DNA of 64,000 bases. It comes from Paragordius varius. Taxonomy: Eukaryota > Animalia > Nematomorpha. Under the pieces are notes generated by a model. That model saw only the letters and a program-made list of their open reading frames with translations. It ran no database searches and was not told the origin of the DNA. Shown here in pieces: positions 38,263 to 52,413 of this stretch. A program made the translations under genes and the position numbers. Location of the stretch: assembly GCA_964247055.1 (NCBI GenBank), contig OZ176056.1, forward strand, positions 7,564,001 to 7,628,000, written 5' to 3'. Position 1 is the first letter of the stretch. Each line of letters starts with the position of its first letter.

Positions 38263-41200
38263 AGACTTAAATTTTGTCATTCTATAAACTAAACAATAAA
38301 TAGGAAACTATATTATACCACAAGCGTTTTAACACAAACGGATGATGAAGGGATTCGAGGATCAAGAGCTGAAACTAAATCCCATACTTTGATTTTTCTA
38401 AAAAATGTAAGAAAAAACGTACAAAATATACATTTACATGGTAAAAAAAAGACAGTAAATTGCAAAAAAAGACAGTAAATTGCAAAAAAAGGTTTATAAA
38501 CTCTTATAAATTCTATTTATTACAGTGTTAAAAAAACATAATATCTCTGTACAAAAATTATTACAGTAAAAATTGAAATTATACGAAACAAAATATGAAA
38601 ATATAAAGAAAAATATTTTTTTAGAAAGACAATCACACACTTTTTCAATCTTGATTTTTTTTAAATATAACCACCCATTGTTTTAAACAATAAAGTAGTA
38701 TAAAATAGAGATGTATATTGGTAACACAATCAAATATATATATATATATATATATATTATATAAATATTTATATGAGAAAAATTTAAATATGTAAAAAAG
38801 TATGCCTGTTTTTTTTTCAAAAAAAATATTGACTTTATATTTTTACATTTCAGTCCGTATAATCTCTCTTCCTACAAAAATTATTATTTTGTCAGCATAA
38901 TTCATATTTGCAAATGCATTTATAATAAATAATTGGGTATAATTTGCAAATCGTAAAAATATATAATTTTTTACCCATCGTAAGCCCCGCTGACAATGCG
39001 TTTATTATCAAATCGAATGCAACGGACTAATTCCTCGTGACCTTCAAGGATTCGAAGACAGGAACCACATTCAACGTCCCATAATCTAAGAATTATTTCA
39101 GACAACAAAAACAATTAAACACACACCAAAAACAGTATGGAATTACGAAAAATAAAAAAGGTTTATATATAATAAAACCAAAAACTTAAATATATATATA
39201 AATATACAATAAAAATTTGAATTATACGGACGCAATGTAAAAATATAAAGGCGAATATTTTTATCTAAAAGATAACAATACTTTTTAAAACCTTAATTAT
39301 TCCTACATAAGCTATTTCTAATTACAATTGTAAGGGACATAGAATTGATGGTGTTCTAGTAATATATATATCTCTATTCCACACTTTGCCATTTTAAACA
39401 ATGAGTTATATTTAAAAAAAATAAAGATAAGTATTGATGTCTTTTAGAAAAAAAATGTTTGCCTTTAAATTTTAACGTTTTGTCCGTATAATTTCAGTTT
39501 TTACTGTAAAAAACATAAAAAGAATATATGCTGTGCTGTGTCTAAAACCAAAAGGATAAAAAAAGTAGCAAATTTTTCATAAAGTGAATTAAATTATTAA
39601 AATATAAAGCTAGATCCCCTTGTATGAATATATATAAATTATTAAATTATAATTGAAATATATAATACCAAAAAGGTATCAAATATAGAGACAAATTAAG
39701 AGATGATACCACTTATATTCAAATTCCCTCTCGAACACAATTCAAATTTACCCTAAAATAGATTATGTGTTTTTTAAATTACAAAATACCTAAATTTTTT
39801 TATATTTAAAAAATGAAATTTTGTTTATTAAAATAACACTGAATAAAAAACTAAGCCATAAAGATATATTTTATATTAATAATGGGTTATTTAAGCCCAA
39901 AAACATATAATTAATCTATATTTAGGTGAGATGTTTGAATTATTCAACGGTGAAATTGAATTGTATATGGTATAATTTTATAATTTAATATAGTTTTCAA
40001 CAGTAATATCTAAAATACGTGAGAATCATAAACGTAACGACAGATAAAAAAACTTTAAAATCTTTAATATTTAACGTTCTTTTCTGTAAAAATAATTATT
40101 TTCTTTTACGTCTTAAGCATAAATTTCATGAGAATAACATCAAAATAGTGAAATGAATCAATACTCCCATAATTTATTTAAATATTTAAAACTGAAAAAT
40201 ATGTTTAAACCAAATGACCCATAAAGATAGTGCTATTTTGGCTAAAAAATCTCTAAAAAAAGGCAAAAAAATTTAATTTATACTATCACAACTTTATAAA
40301 ACCAAAAAAAAATGAGTTAAAAAATTCAATATAAAATTAAAATATTTATATTTACTTTTTTTTCAAGTTCTTTATCTACAAATTTTATTAATAATTTTCA
40401 ATTATTTTTTTTTAAAAACCATCTTTTTTTAAAGTAAAAAATTGGAAAAAACCCTTCACTACCTTATAGTATAATCGGATGAACCACTAACTATAAGCCT
40501 ATCCCTATATTGTAAACAAGCTATTCCCCTCTTGTGACCATTTAACGTTCGAACAAATTCACACGTGGCCGTATCCCAAACCTAATTATTTTACATGTAA
40601 AATCATTGCAATTAATATAAAAAATAGACTAAAGTTATGAAATTTATTTAAGACTTTTATTGTAAAATCTTTTTCAAAAAAAATGAAATTAATTATAACG
40701 TTTTTAGTTTTATCTATACGCATTTTAGCTTAATTTTAAATATATTGCTTAATATATCATGTGTCTCTCAATTTTGCTATACTAAAATTATATATAATGT
40801 ATTTATATTAGAATTCTAGGTCTTATTTTTTAAAAAAGTAACATTTTTTCCGAAATAAAAAAAACGATTTTAATTAGAAAAATAAACGTTTTTTATTTAT
40901 TCAGAGGGATATCATATTTACGGTAAATTTTAGATTTAGAATAAAATAAAGACATATATTTTATTTATATCCTAATTTAATGAAATTCGTTTTCTTATGT
41001 TATAATTTATAATATATATATATATATATATTTTAAAAAAGCAAGTAATATTATAGGTTTCGCCATAAAATACTAGTCTTTTACGTTTAAAATTTTTTTA
41101 TTATTTTTACTGTATTAGTATTCCAATTAATAAAAATATTATTTTTTTATTTTTAATTCACAATTATAAAAGTGTTTTTTTTCGAAATAGAAATATATAT

Positions 41201-44200
41201 AAAAAAATCTACTTATAATATTAATAATAATTTGTAGATAAAAAAGCAAAATTAACTTTTAAATATACTATTTACTTATTATTACAAAATCCTTGGTTTA
41301 GTTTTATTTAATTATATGAATAAAACATAAAAATTATTCTTAATTAACAACCCAAAAATACCGTAGTATTTGAATATTAATCAAACATAAAAAAAACCAA
41401 TTTTCTTTCCACCTCATTATCATAATTTTACCTTGATAGTTCGATCACCACTGGCAGAAACAATGTATTTCGCATCAAAATCTACAACATTCACAGCAGC
41501 CCGATGTCCAACAAGGACGCGTCTAAGGGAAATATCTTTGGATGATCGCATATCCCAAACAGCTATAGAACGGTCCTATGAAAATTATGAATTATAAAAA
41601 AAATGATTTAAAGTTTGACAAAAACCTTAAAAAGTTACTATTTTCGAAAAAAAATTGTAATGTCATAAAAAGTACGGTAAAAATAAAATTTATATGGATT
41701 CATATGAAAAATTAGGGACAATTTTTTATAAAAAAAATATAATCCTATAATTATTACAGTGATAATTAAAATAAGAGTAAAAAATGTAATTATAACAACA
41801 ACAGCAAGATTAATAGTTTTGAATTTTTTAAAAAGATTTTATATTTGTGACAATATTATAAGTTGTAAATTGTAATCTATTTCTTAATCATATATATATA
41901 AGGCTCAAAAACTCGGTTATTTTCCAAAAAATATTTCTATTTAATATTTACGCTTTGTCTTTTAATAATTTATTATGTAATTGAAACCAAAATCGAAAAT
42001 AGAACTTGTCTAATCTATAAAAATGTTTTATAAAATTAAAATAATTAAATTAAATTTGAGTTTTCGTAAAATTTATCTAAGAGAATATTAAATAAATGAG
42101 AACACAATGACTAAAAAATAAAATAAAAAAAACTGAATAAAAATTTTTCATTTAAGATACAATCTCAAATTTTTTATCTATTGTTAAAGTAAGTTAATAT
42201 GTACAAAAACAGATTTTGTTTTTTTACCGCAAAATACTTTAAAAAATGTTAATAAAGAAAAGTAAAAATCACTCAATTTTTGATAACAAAAAAGGATGTT
42301 TTAAAAAATAAAATTTACCTTTGAACAGGTAACCATAACACCCTCATCAAAACGTAAATGAAGTACGGCTTCACAATGATGTATTAGCGTATTTAACATT
42401 TCACCATTGTTCACATCCCATATTCTATTATCAAGGGGGAAAAAAATTAAATTTACAATAAAAATTTTATAAATATAATAAATTTTTGGATTTACAGTTC
42501 TTAGGTTTTTTAAAAAAAAGGTAGTATAATGAACACACCCGTAAAGATAAATGGGTTAAAGTATGCTATTTTTTTTTATAAGAGAGTGCAATTTAAAAGT
42601 ATATCGATATGTTGAAACTAAAAAAGCTCATTTTTAATATAAGCGAAAATAAAAGGTTAATAATTATCATTTAATATTTAAAATACAATTCTTGGGCACA
42701 GTTATTTCAATGCTAAAATATTTAATTTTTCTCTTTATAGCATCTATGAGATTAGGTTTAATTCAAGAGAGGGGGGGGATTATGAAAAAAAATCTTTTTA
42801 CATTATTAAAATATATATATATATAAATACTTAAATTGCGGTAATTGATTAACATATAATCAAATATGCGAATTATAAAAATATTTTAAGCCCTAGAAGA
42901 AAATATAAATTATAAATTTTTACATATTGATGAGTAAAACCAATATTAAATCATATTATACCTGACAGTCGCATCACTACTCCCTGTAACAATTATATTT
43001 TCATCATATTGCAAACAAAGGACAGAACCGGTATGTCCAGTTAAAACCTTTAAACATTCCAGTGTTTTATAATCCCAAATCTATCAATATGGGATAAAAA
43101 ATTGTATAAAATAAAATCTTTAATAGCCATAATATTAATTATACTCTTAATTAACAAAATAAAGCTAATTTTAAAATTAAAAAGCTAATTTACATGTAAT
43201 AAATATCACAATTTTACGCTTCGCCATAATCACAATCATAGATAGGCGTTAAATTAAGGATGATTCTGAAAAAATGAACAGCAAAGCTTAATGCCTTGTC
43301 TTTATCATACGATATTAAAAATTCTACTGTAAAATAAATGTCATATATGAAAAACTAAAAAAAACTACATTCCAATGTTTTTTAATAAAATCAGATGATT
43401 CAAAACTTGAAATAAATCCAAAATCCGCAATATTTAACCTTGATAGTATTATCCCGGAGACCACTGACAATTTTGGTGTCATCATACTGGAGACAATAGA
43501 CTCCTTTGCTATTTTCACTTCGACACTTTATACGTCGTAGGGCGTGTTGGCCCGCCTTCCAATGCGTTTGGAGGGTCGAAATATCATGCAGAACTGACCC
43601 GTACAATCGCTTATAAAACCAGGTAAGGAGTCTTACATTATTGGCTCTTGTTTCATTATTATTATTACTACAAAGATCTGTTTCAGAATCAAAGTTATTA
43701 ACGTTAAAATTATGTGGGGACGACGATATTGTTTCAAAACAATTGCCATGTTTAACGTTACTACTACTACTACTACTTCCAAGTTGTATAAAAGTTTTTA
43801 CATCATCTAAGATAAGAGCGGACACCGAGGGGGAATTAATCTTGGATACGGTTGATGATTCACCTAAAGATAATATACATAAAACAGATGGGTATTATCT
43901 GTAAAAAATAGATTTAATTTTATATAAATTAATATGAATATTCGAACAAAAAAAATATTAGATAACACATAAGAATTATATATATACCATTTACAGTTCA
44001 AATTCACCCTTGAACAATTCAAATTCACCCTTGAACAATTCAAATTCATTTTGAACAATTCAAATTCACCCTAAAAATAAATTATGCCTTTTCGAACTAA
44101 TATAACTCATTATTGATATGAAATATATGTTTATGGTATAGTTTATTATTTTTTCAGTATTATTTTAATTTAAAACAAAATTTTTATTTTTTAAAAAATA

Positions 44201-47200
44201 TATAAAATATAGGTATTTCTTTATCTTAAAAAACATATAATTTATTTAAGGGTGAATTTGAATTAAGGGTGAATTCGAATTGTTCAAGGGTGAATTTGAA
44301 TTGTTTAAGGGTAAAATGAATTGTAAATGGTATATGATAAATTTATAATCATAAAAATAATATATTTTATTCAAAACATTTAAATTTTGTTCATTATATA
44401 CAAACGTTTTTCATAAATCATTATAACACTTGTTAATTTTAGTTATAGGTAACAGTAAAGAGAGTAAATAAAAAAATTCATTCATATTATTTATAATAAA
44501 AACCGTCATTTACACCCATTTTATGAAATTTATTATTTATGTTAAAAATCTAAAAATCAGATGTGAATCTATTAAAATATATCATTATTAACACTTTCTT
44601 GAATTATAAGTTAACTTTATAAAATTAAACATTTATACATATTTATATTCATTTATAATTAATTTTTACTGCTTAAATATTACTTTTTTTCTCCAAAAAA
44701 ACTTTAAATTAAATTTTATAAAGCTTAAAATTAAATTAAATTGAAAACCATTTTGTCCATTATCTCCACTGCAATCTGGTAAGGGTTTAGATATAAAATT
44801 ATTATTGTTGTGTTTAGTTTCTGTGGTTTGGGGTTTTTGTTGATTATTAGGCGTAAATAATAAAATCTCCATCAGTTTGATAAAGTTGGCATCTAAGATC
44901 AATGCATCACCTAAGCCAAAAAGAAATAAGTAAGATAATCAATAAATTTATTAAAAATTAGTAATTTTTATCATTTTAACTTGAAAATTGTACGAAAAAT
45001 TCGCTAAAATCGAGAAAGTGTCCATAATAAGTAAGCATTTATTAATAATTAAAAAATTTTTTTTTTGGTGAAGTAGAGTTAATATGAATAAAAATTGAAG
45101 AGTTTTAAACTAAATAAAAGTCATGTCAGAGTTTTGAGATAATAAAAATGATATATTATTTATATTTTGTTTTACATTATAAGTTGCCATTAATATTTAA
45201 AATTTAAGTTCTATTTTACTAATCATGCATCATTATGAAACAAACGGACAAAGTTTTTCTTACTTAAAGTCAAAAAAAGTAACTTTTCATTAAACAGCTA
45301 CCCAAAAGTATAAACTCATAAAACGCATGAAAAAACAAACATATTTACAATAAAAAGTGCATAAAAAAACTTTTATCAATCATTTAAATTCTCGTCATTC
45401 ATTTATCACCTGATTATCCATTTCATAAAAAATAAAAACATTTTCAAAATCCACACTCTACTGAAATAATTAAAACATGAATAATACCATTTTTAACAAT
45501 AGAAGCGGGAGTTTTTGAATTTAAGGATGGTAAATTTTGTTGGTTATTAGTCCAAAATTTTATAACGGAAGTTTCGCATTGGTGTTCGGTTTTATTCTGT
45601 TGTTCTTCGGTATTCATGAAATTATTCGTATTTTGAGAATTAGTTTGTTGTAATAAAAAACTCATCATTAACGTGTGAAAAGAAGCATTATTGTTATTTT
45701 GAATCATTGTTGTTGATAAGGCTAAGGGTGATTGAAGAATAGATTCACCACGTCCACTCATTACATAAAATTTAAGTAGCAAGGTTTGAAAACAAGCCAA
45801 ACTTTGGGATAAATTGTGTGCTTTATACAGGTATTGTTTCCTAAAACAAGGTAAAAATTCATATAAAATTAAAAATTGTAAGGTTCATAATATTTTTTAT
45901 TCTAGTGGTATCATTATATGAATAAAATGTAAGGGGTAATATGTCTAGAATTCCCATAAACCTATATTTTGCGACTCAACATTGTTACATTAAGTTTAAA
46001 ATCCATTAATAATTAAAACGATTAAGTAAAAAAATATTTATCAGTAGATAAATGTCCACATTTTACATTTCTCTACAAATATTTAGAAAATTTAAATGTT
46101 TAAAGTGCTTTAAATTTTCACAAAACAAAAGTTTTGTTTTTATTGTGCAAAAAAACATTTAGACCACGTTTAACATTCAAAGATATCCATTATAAAATCA
46201 CTTGGAGTATAAACTAAAAGAGAAAAATAGACAAAATAATGCTTCTTAAACAGAAACCATGCTTGCTCTGCGTTTTGCAAGTTTAATCTTTTGTTGAAGC
46301 AGTTTTTAAACTAAATAAAAAGCCACCAACTTTATTGCCTCTTAAAGCAGTGGTTCCCAAAAAAAGGGGGGGGGGGCGAAAAATTCGGAGAATTTAATTA
46401 AAAATAAAACTCTAAAACAAACTAAAAGATTTCAAATGCGAATTATCAAAATTTGTCACACCGATATGGAAAAGATATTTCAAAAAAGGGCAAATATAAG
46501 AATCTCATTGATTGGAATTTTTATATCATTACACTGGACAACAAATTTTTCTGCCATTCGAGTTTTTTGCATTTTCTGATATTTAGTATCATTTTAACAG
46601 TAAATCTGAAATAAAAATTATAACTCGATGGAAGAATTTTGTATAATTTGATTTTTTATGCGCCCTCTTTATCAAAATTTTACTAAAAAATGTTTTTCTT
46701 TAAAAATATACAAGTAATGCCCATTTGTAATATATCATTCGAAAGAGTAATAAAAACTCTATAAAATGCATTCTAATATGTATTACATCGACAGTTAATA
46801 TTGGACACAAAGAGCGACAAACGCGCGAAGCGAGAGCATTTTTTTTAATTATTATATTTTTAAAACTAATGGATGAAAATAGCTCAAACTTTGTTTAGAT
46901 GGTGAATGTCCAAAAAAGATAACACAAGAAAATTTTTTTGATTAAAACATTTTTTATTGCTTTTATGTCACTCAAAACAGCCATTTTTAAGTTTTTTGTT
47001 TTTTAAAAATTACCATCTCATCAATATTAATTTATTTTCTTTACAAGGCTGATAATCTCGAAATTTTAAAGATAAAAACAAAGTTTAAGGTATTTTTGAT
47101 CATTTATAGCCATCATGTAATAAATTTACAGTTGTAACTATGCATTTTAGTATGGTAAAATATGATAATAATAATTTTTATTAAAAAAGAAAACCAAAAG

Positions 47201-49399
47201 CTTTTTCAAGCATTTTTTTAAATTAAATACTAATATAACCCTAATAATTATATTGAAATAATTTATATAATTTTTAAATTAGTTTGTCTGTGAAGATTCT
47301 TAACTTATTTAAGGATAGAATTCGACCATTTTACTCCAAAAAACTTTTACATTCGATTGATTTAAATAACATATTACCATTTAAAAAATGCAGTTTTTTG
47401 CGCTCTTTCGAATGATATAAAATACATGGCTTCATATCTAAAACTTTAAATTTTCGAAATTTCGAATTTAATGTTAAATCGGGGCCAAAAATTATCGATA
47501 AACTCTAATATAAAAAGATTCATGCATGCTAGACCAATTTTCTTTTCAGATATACTAATTATGTACTTTAATAAAATAAATTTTAAATTTACAAGAATGG
47601 CAGTTAAAAAAAGTTAAAATTTGTTGTTTCTAGTGTTATAATATATTTTACATATTTATCTTGGATTTTTTTACAGGAGGGTGGAGCGGAAGAATTAATA
47701 TTTTGAGGCGTGAACAAAAAAAGGTTGGGAACCACTGCCTTAAAAGGTTAAAAAAAGTCAAAAAAAAAGCGTAAAAATATAAATGTGAAACCATGCTCGG
47801 CGTTTCGCAAGCCCAGCCCAAAGCGAATCTTTTTCAACTTTCCGTTCAATGAGTTTTTTCCAAAGGGCGCCTTGCGCTATAACCCTATTCCATTCCTTAC
47901 AAACGGCTTCACAGTGGGCTAAGGATTGGGCATCTAGGTAGGCCAAAACTTTTTCCGCTAAATGATCCAGGTAAAACTCTAAAAGTGCGTGCATAAAAGA
48001 AATATATATTATATATATATCAAGGGTGAAAAAATATTGGTTTTACTAATAGTTTATATATATATACCATTGACATTTCAAATTTACCCTTAAACAATGC
48101 ATATTTACTTTTGAACAATCCCAATCACCCTAAAATATATTATGCGTTTTTTAAGGTTAAAAATTACGAACATGTTATAGGAAAAATGAAATTTTCATAA
48201 AATTAATATAATATTGAAAAAATAATAAATTATGCCATAAGAATATATTCCATATCAATGATGAGTTATATTAGCCCGACAAAAACACATAATTTATTTC
48301 AAGGGGGGGGGGGGGTCCACTATATATCCATAGTGTTAAAAAACTATGCATAATATAATAATATCCAAGGTCATTTATTCTATACATACTGTATATGCAT
48401 GCTGACACAACGAACGAAAAAAAGATGACAAATTAATTTGCTTGTTATTTTATATTTAACAATAAAACAAGCGCATTGTAAAGTAAGACATGGAGATTCT
48501 CAAGGTTGCACAATATATATATAGATATTTTATTTTTCAGGAAATCTTAAAAGCCTTATAACTGGCTTTGAATTTTAAACTCCTTGAAAAATGGTTAAAT
48601 ATAAATTTTTTTGGCAATAAGCCTACAAATTAAGGTTTAACATCAGCCCCGAAAATGTGGTATAAGGCAATCTTCAAATTTTAGTAAAATAGCTCAGGTA
48701 TAAATAACATTTGTTAGTCAAGTTATCAAAAAACCTATTATAGATAAAAGAATCATCACTGAAATTACAAATTAAACATGTGTGATAACTTAAACAAGCT
48801 ATAAATATTCCATCTAAAAAACTAAACTTTTAAATTATCTTAAAAGCAAAAAAATTACTAGGTAGCAAGGATAAAAAATCTCTTTGAAGCATAGGTTTAA
48901 GGAAGGAATCGATAAGACCGTGTTGGAAATGGCACATTTTATGTAATAAATGTTGCACGAAATCAACTTGATCAGCTTCGGACCAAGTGTCAAAAAGATT
49001 AAGACATGCAGATCGTTCTGATGCATAGGCTGCATTATTCCCAAACGAATTAGAGTTTTGTGACATAATTTGATTGTTTTGGGAATTGGGTGAATACTGT
49101 AAATTAATATGATTATTGGGATAAGATTTGAAAGCGATTGATGATGTGGGTACGTGATCAGCAGATAAATCTAAATTTGGTAAATATAAACGAGCTTTTT
49201 TGTCGCTATTTGAATTAAGCTGATTAATATTATTATCATTGTTTGATGTTATAGTTTGGTTTGTTGAAGAATTTTGCGAGGTTTCTTCTAAATGCATCAT
49301 ATTATCTGGGATAGAAACTGTATCAGTCATAGTATCATCCATATTGTAAATGTTTTCTTTGGTTGGCGTATTTAAATCGTTTTCGTTTTTAAGATCCAT
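37011..49399 (-). CDS. slmb/BTRC: beta-TrCP/Slimb F-box/WD40 protein, ~903 aa; exons 49399-48859, 47978-47792, 45840-45488, 44910-44749, 43863-43439, 43080-42962, 42424-42319, 41575-41432, 40581-40463, 39085-38975, 38397-38319, 37711-37588, 37252-37011
   Basis: It has the D-domain ([26 protein letters not shown]), the F-box ([22 protein letters not shown]) and seven WD40 repeats closely matching recalled beta-TrCP ([64 protein letters not shown]). Splice phases are consistent. The last exon and the three insertion-bearing exons are less certain. Confidence 0.93.
37798..38090. mobile_element. MITE family A, intact reference copy (further copies near 13437, 22519-23315, 24770, 33660, 34645, 38566, 54520)
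   Basis: TA|CAGTAAAAATTAAAATTATACGGACAA ... TTGTCCGTATAATTTAAATATTTCTG|TA. Confidence 0.85.
39207..39506. mobile_element. MITE family A copy
   Basis: TA|CAATAAAAATTTGAATTATACGGAC ... GTCCGTATAATTTCAGTTTTTACTG|TA. Confidence 0.8.
43987..44330. mobile_element. MITE family B, best copy; TIRs built from 21-bp sub-repeats (further copies near 14179, 25136-25440, 39720, 48064, 61011)
   Basis: TA|CCATTTACAGTTCAAATTCACCC, then repeats of TGAACAATTCAAATTCACCCT, mirrored at the right end by ...GAATTGTAAATGG|TA. Confidence 0.85.
46348..47737. mobile_element. Non-autonomous hAT (Charlie/Buster-type) element in a beta-TrCP intron
   Basis: Perfect 13-bp TIRs CAGTGGTTCCCAA / TTGGGAACCACTG. Flanks TCTTAAAG and CCTTAAAA form a 6/8 TSD with a central TA. 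No transposase ORF. Confidence 0.8.
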
Positions 49400-49678
49400 T
49401 TCTAAAAAATATAAATCAAAATCTACCTGTGTGGACAGTTGTTTTTTAATTATGGCAAATATTCACTAGGAAAGTTTGTCTGCAAAATATTGGATCAACT
49501 TATTGAAAAATATGAATATTCATACAATCAATATAAAAGATATGACTATTTAATTTTTGGGTAAGTGTCCCAGAGATATATTTAAATTTTTTAAAACGTA
49601 AGGTCAACTTATTGGAAAATATGATATTCATAAAATCAATATAAAAGATATGTCTATATTATTTTTGAATTAGCTTAA

Positions 49679-50258
49679 CACTTCGATTCAAATTGGGGTA
49701 TCTAAATACCCCAGACTAAATTTAAATTAAAATTTTTAAAAAACTACTGAAGGAAAAGGTCCCAATTTAAATTTATGCTTCTATCCTGATAAATATTATA
49801 TAAATATGCCAAAATATCTTGATAAAATTTTGTTTTAAAAAAAAGTTCCATCTCAAACTACTTCGGCGCCATTTTTATTTTGCAAAAATTTTGCAAAATA
49901 TCGTCTTCATCTAATTTTAAGGGTAAAACTAAAGCTTATTTATATATAAATTACATCTAATATTGATAGAAATAGAAAAAGCGGTTTATTTTGTATTATT
50001 TTTTAATTTTAAAATTTGACATATGTCACGTTGACGAAATTTTTACCTTTCAGTTTTAGCACAAAATAAGTAATATCAAGTATTTTTGAATAAAATTTTT
50101 TTTATATTTCGGTTTATTAATGTTATATAAGTGCATAATTTTGCCATGGTTTCGATTGCTTCCATACTTTTTAAAGTATTTGATTTTATACAGACCTGGG
50201 GTATCCAACTACCCCAATTTGAATCGAAGGACTAAAATGAGTGTGTTGTATCCAAGTG
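49679..50258. mobile_element. piggyBac-like MITE family D
   Basis: TTAA|CACTTCGATTCAAATTGGGGTATCT ... GTATCCAAGTG|TTAA. Confidence 0.75.
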
Positions 50259-50709
50259 TTAATGTTCCAGAGATATATTTAAATTTTTTAAAACGTAAGG
50301 TATTAAGCCAAAAAAATATAATTTCCTAGGCTATCATTATCTTTTAAGTTTCTATAGAGAACATAAAAATTTCCCATGATAAAATATATATTTTGATTAA
50401 TAATTTTATCACTTAATGGGGTTTTAGATTAGATAACGATTGATTTAAGAAATTAATTGAACTTTTATGGCAATTACTGCTTGCTAACAAGCAAAATTAA
50501 GAATAACTTTTTTGGCTAAATGCATCTAAAATATTCACATCTATCACATCAGACCCTTTGGGATTTATGCTAAGGCCATTTAAAATTAAAATATATCTAA
50601 AAGTATTTTTATCATTGCATCCAATTAAATGCATCTTTTTTTCAGCCTTTTAAAGGCGCTAAAAAAATTTTTCTAAAATCATCACCTCAATCTTTTTCGC
50701 CCCTTTTAA

Positions 50710-51233
50710 CACTTAGATACAACACATTCATCTTATCAATTCAAATTAGGGTAGTTGGATATCGAGGCTTGTTTAAAATTAAATATTTATAAAATATATA
50801 GAATAAATTAAAACCATGGCAAAAGTTTGCACTTATATAACATTGAGGAACCGAAATATAATAAAAAAAATTCAATATTTGATATTACTTGTTCAGAGGT
50901 AAAACCCAAAGATAAATCTTTAGCTAACATCATATGTGCATAATCTAAAAATAAAAAAAAGCAAAATATACCACTTTTTTAAAAAGAGCAAACCAAATTT
51001 TAGTCTAAAAATCAGGTATACACGTTATTTTACAAAAATGTTGTCATATAAAAATGGCATACAAATAGTTTTGATACGGAACGTTTTATCAAATTTATTA
51101 GATATTTTGGTTTATTTATTTAATAATGATAGTAGCATGAATTCAAGTTGGATCCGTTTCTTTCAGTAGTTTTTAAAAATATCAACTTATATATCATATG
51201 AGGTATTTAGATACCCCTATTTGAATCTAAGTG
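50710..51233. mobile_element. piggyBac-like MITE family D, opposite orientation
   Basis: TTAA|CACTTAGATACAACACATTCA ... AGATACCCCTATTTGAATCTAAGTG|TTAA. Confidence 0.75.
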
Positions 51234-52413
51234 TTAAATCGTGAATATAACAGGCACATTAATGTATATTATGGTTAAAAATTTAAATAATTTAACTTTA
51301 TAAAACTTTAAATTACAATTTACTAGGAAAGTATTAAATTTTTATTTTAATATTAGCTGTTTGTTATCGTTGTTTTGAGTATGGGACCCTAGAAGTTGAC
51401 AATTCATAATCTGGGATAGTTTATATCCCAGAGTATTGATTCACCTTTAAATTTATGTTAGATATAAATTGTTTTTTTTGACAAAATAAAACTCTGAAGT
51501 AATAGAAATGTTCAGCATCATCGAATATAGAAAAAGTTATTTATGATATATTTACTGTTTCCATCATACCTCAAAATAGCAGAACTAAGCTTCAACATAT
51601 TTTGCAGAAAATCAAATTTTCTCAAAATGCTTCAATTGATATCAAATTTATCATATATTTAATGTTTTTATTGCGCGACCCGGCATTTCTGCAATTTTTT
51701 AAGAAAATAGCCAATATAAGGAGAGCATAAAATATTGAGACTTTCGGAGCCCACTAAATTAAATTTAAATATTATTTTGCTTTTATATTTAGTGATATAT
51801 TTTAGTAATAATTTTAGGAATGAAATATTTGGCTTTCACCAAAAAACTTATTAAAAAATGCGCGCTTCAATTCCGTCGGGCTTGAACAAAAAAGGGTTGG
51901 GGCGCAAGAACGGCATTGCCTTTATTTAAAAAATGCCCATTATAGGGGAAAATTTGTTACACTCGTAGCCTGTGTAAAAATATAAACCTAATATAATTAT
52001 AATATTGCTTAACAGTGTTTTACATTTTTATTTTTCTGTGCGCGAAATGATTTGATGTAGTTTCTACCCAGACCTTAAAGTAGTAAACAAACTACTGTTT
52101 TGAAAGTTCCTTTGGTTAAAATTTAATTATTAAACCCTCTTCCCCTGTATCAGATAAAAAACTTAGACTTTTTAACCCAATGCCCTAATTGCGTTCCAAA
52201 CCTTTTTTGTTCACCCTTACCAAATCGAAAGAAGAAATCTTACCTCCTCCCCTTTTTAATAAAACAAGATGAAATACAAAAATTATTACTTTATAAATAT
52301 CATAATCAATGAGAATCATATCTTGATTATAAGCACCTAAGAGTTCCAACCTTCTTGTACTTACAGTGTAATTTTTTAGAATCAAGGCTCTGTGCATGTA
52401 TTATGAATATATA

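Noticed and set aside
43864-43899. Mini-exon DNTHLFY plus a 15-nt intron in beta-TrCP
   Set aside because: Direct use of the acceptor at 43864/43863 already gives the correct phase; the extra exon would shift the frame.
52185-52397. 70-aa minus-strand ORF as an upstream coding exon of beta-TrCP
   Set aside because: A strong GTAAGT donor occurs early in it, so it may mark a UTR exon, but the intervening 53-nt exon has stops in all frames and there is no homology support.
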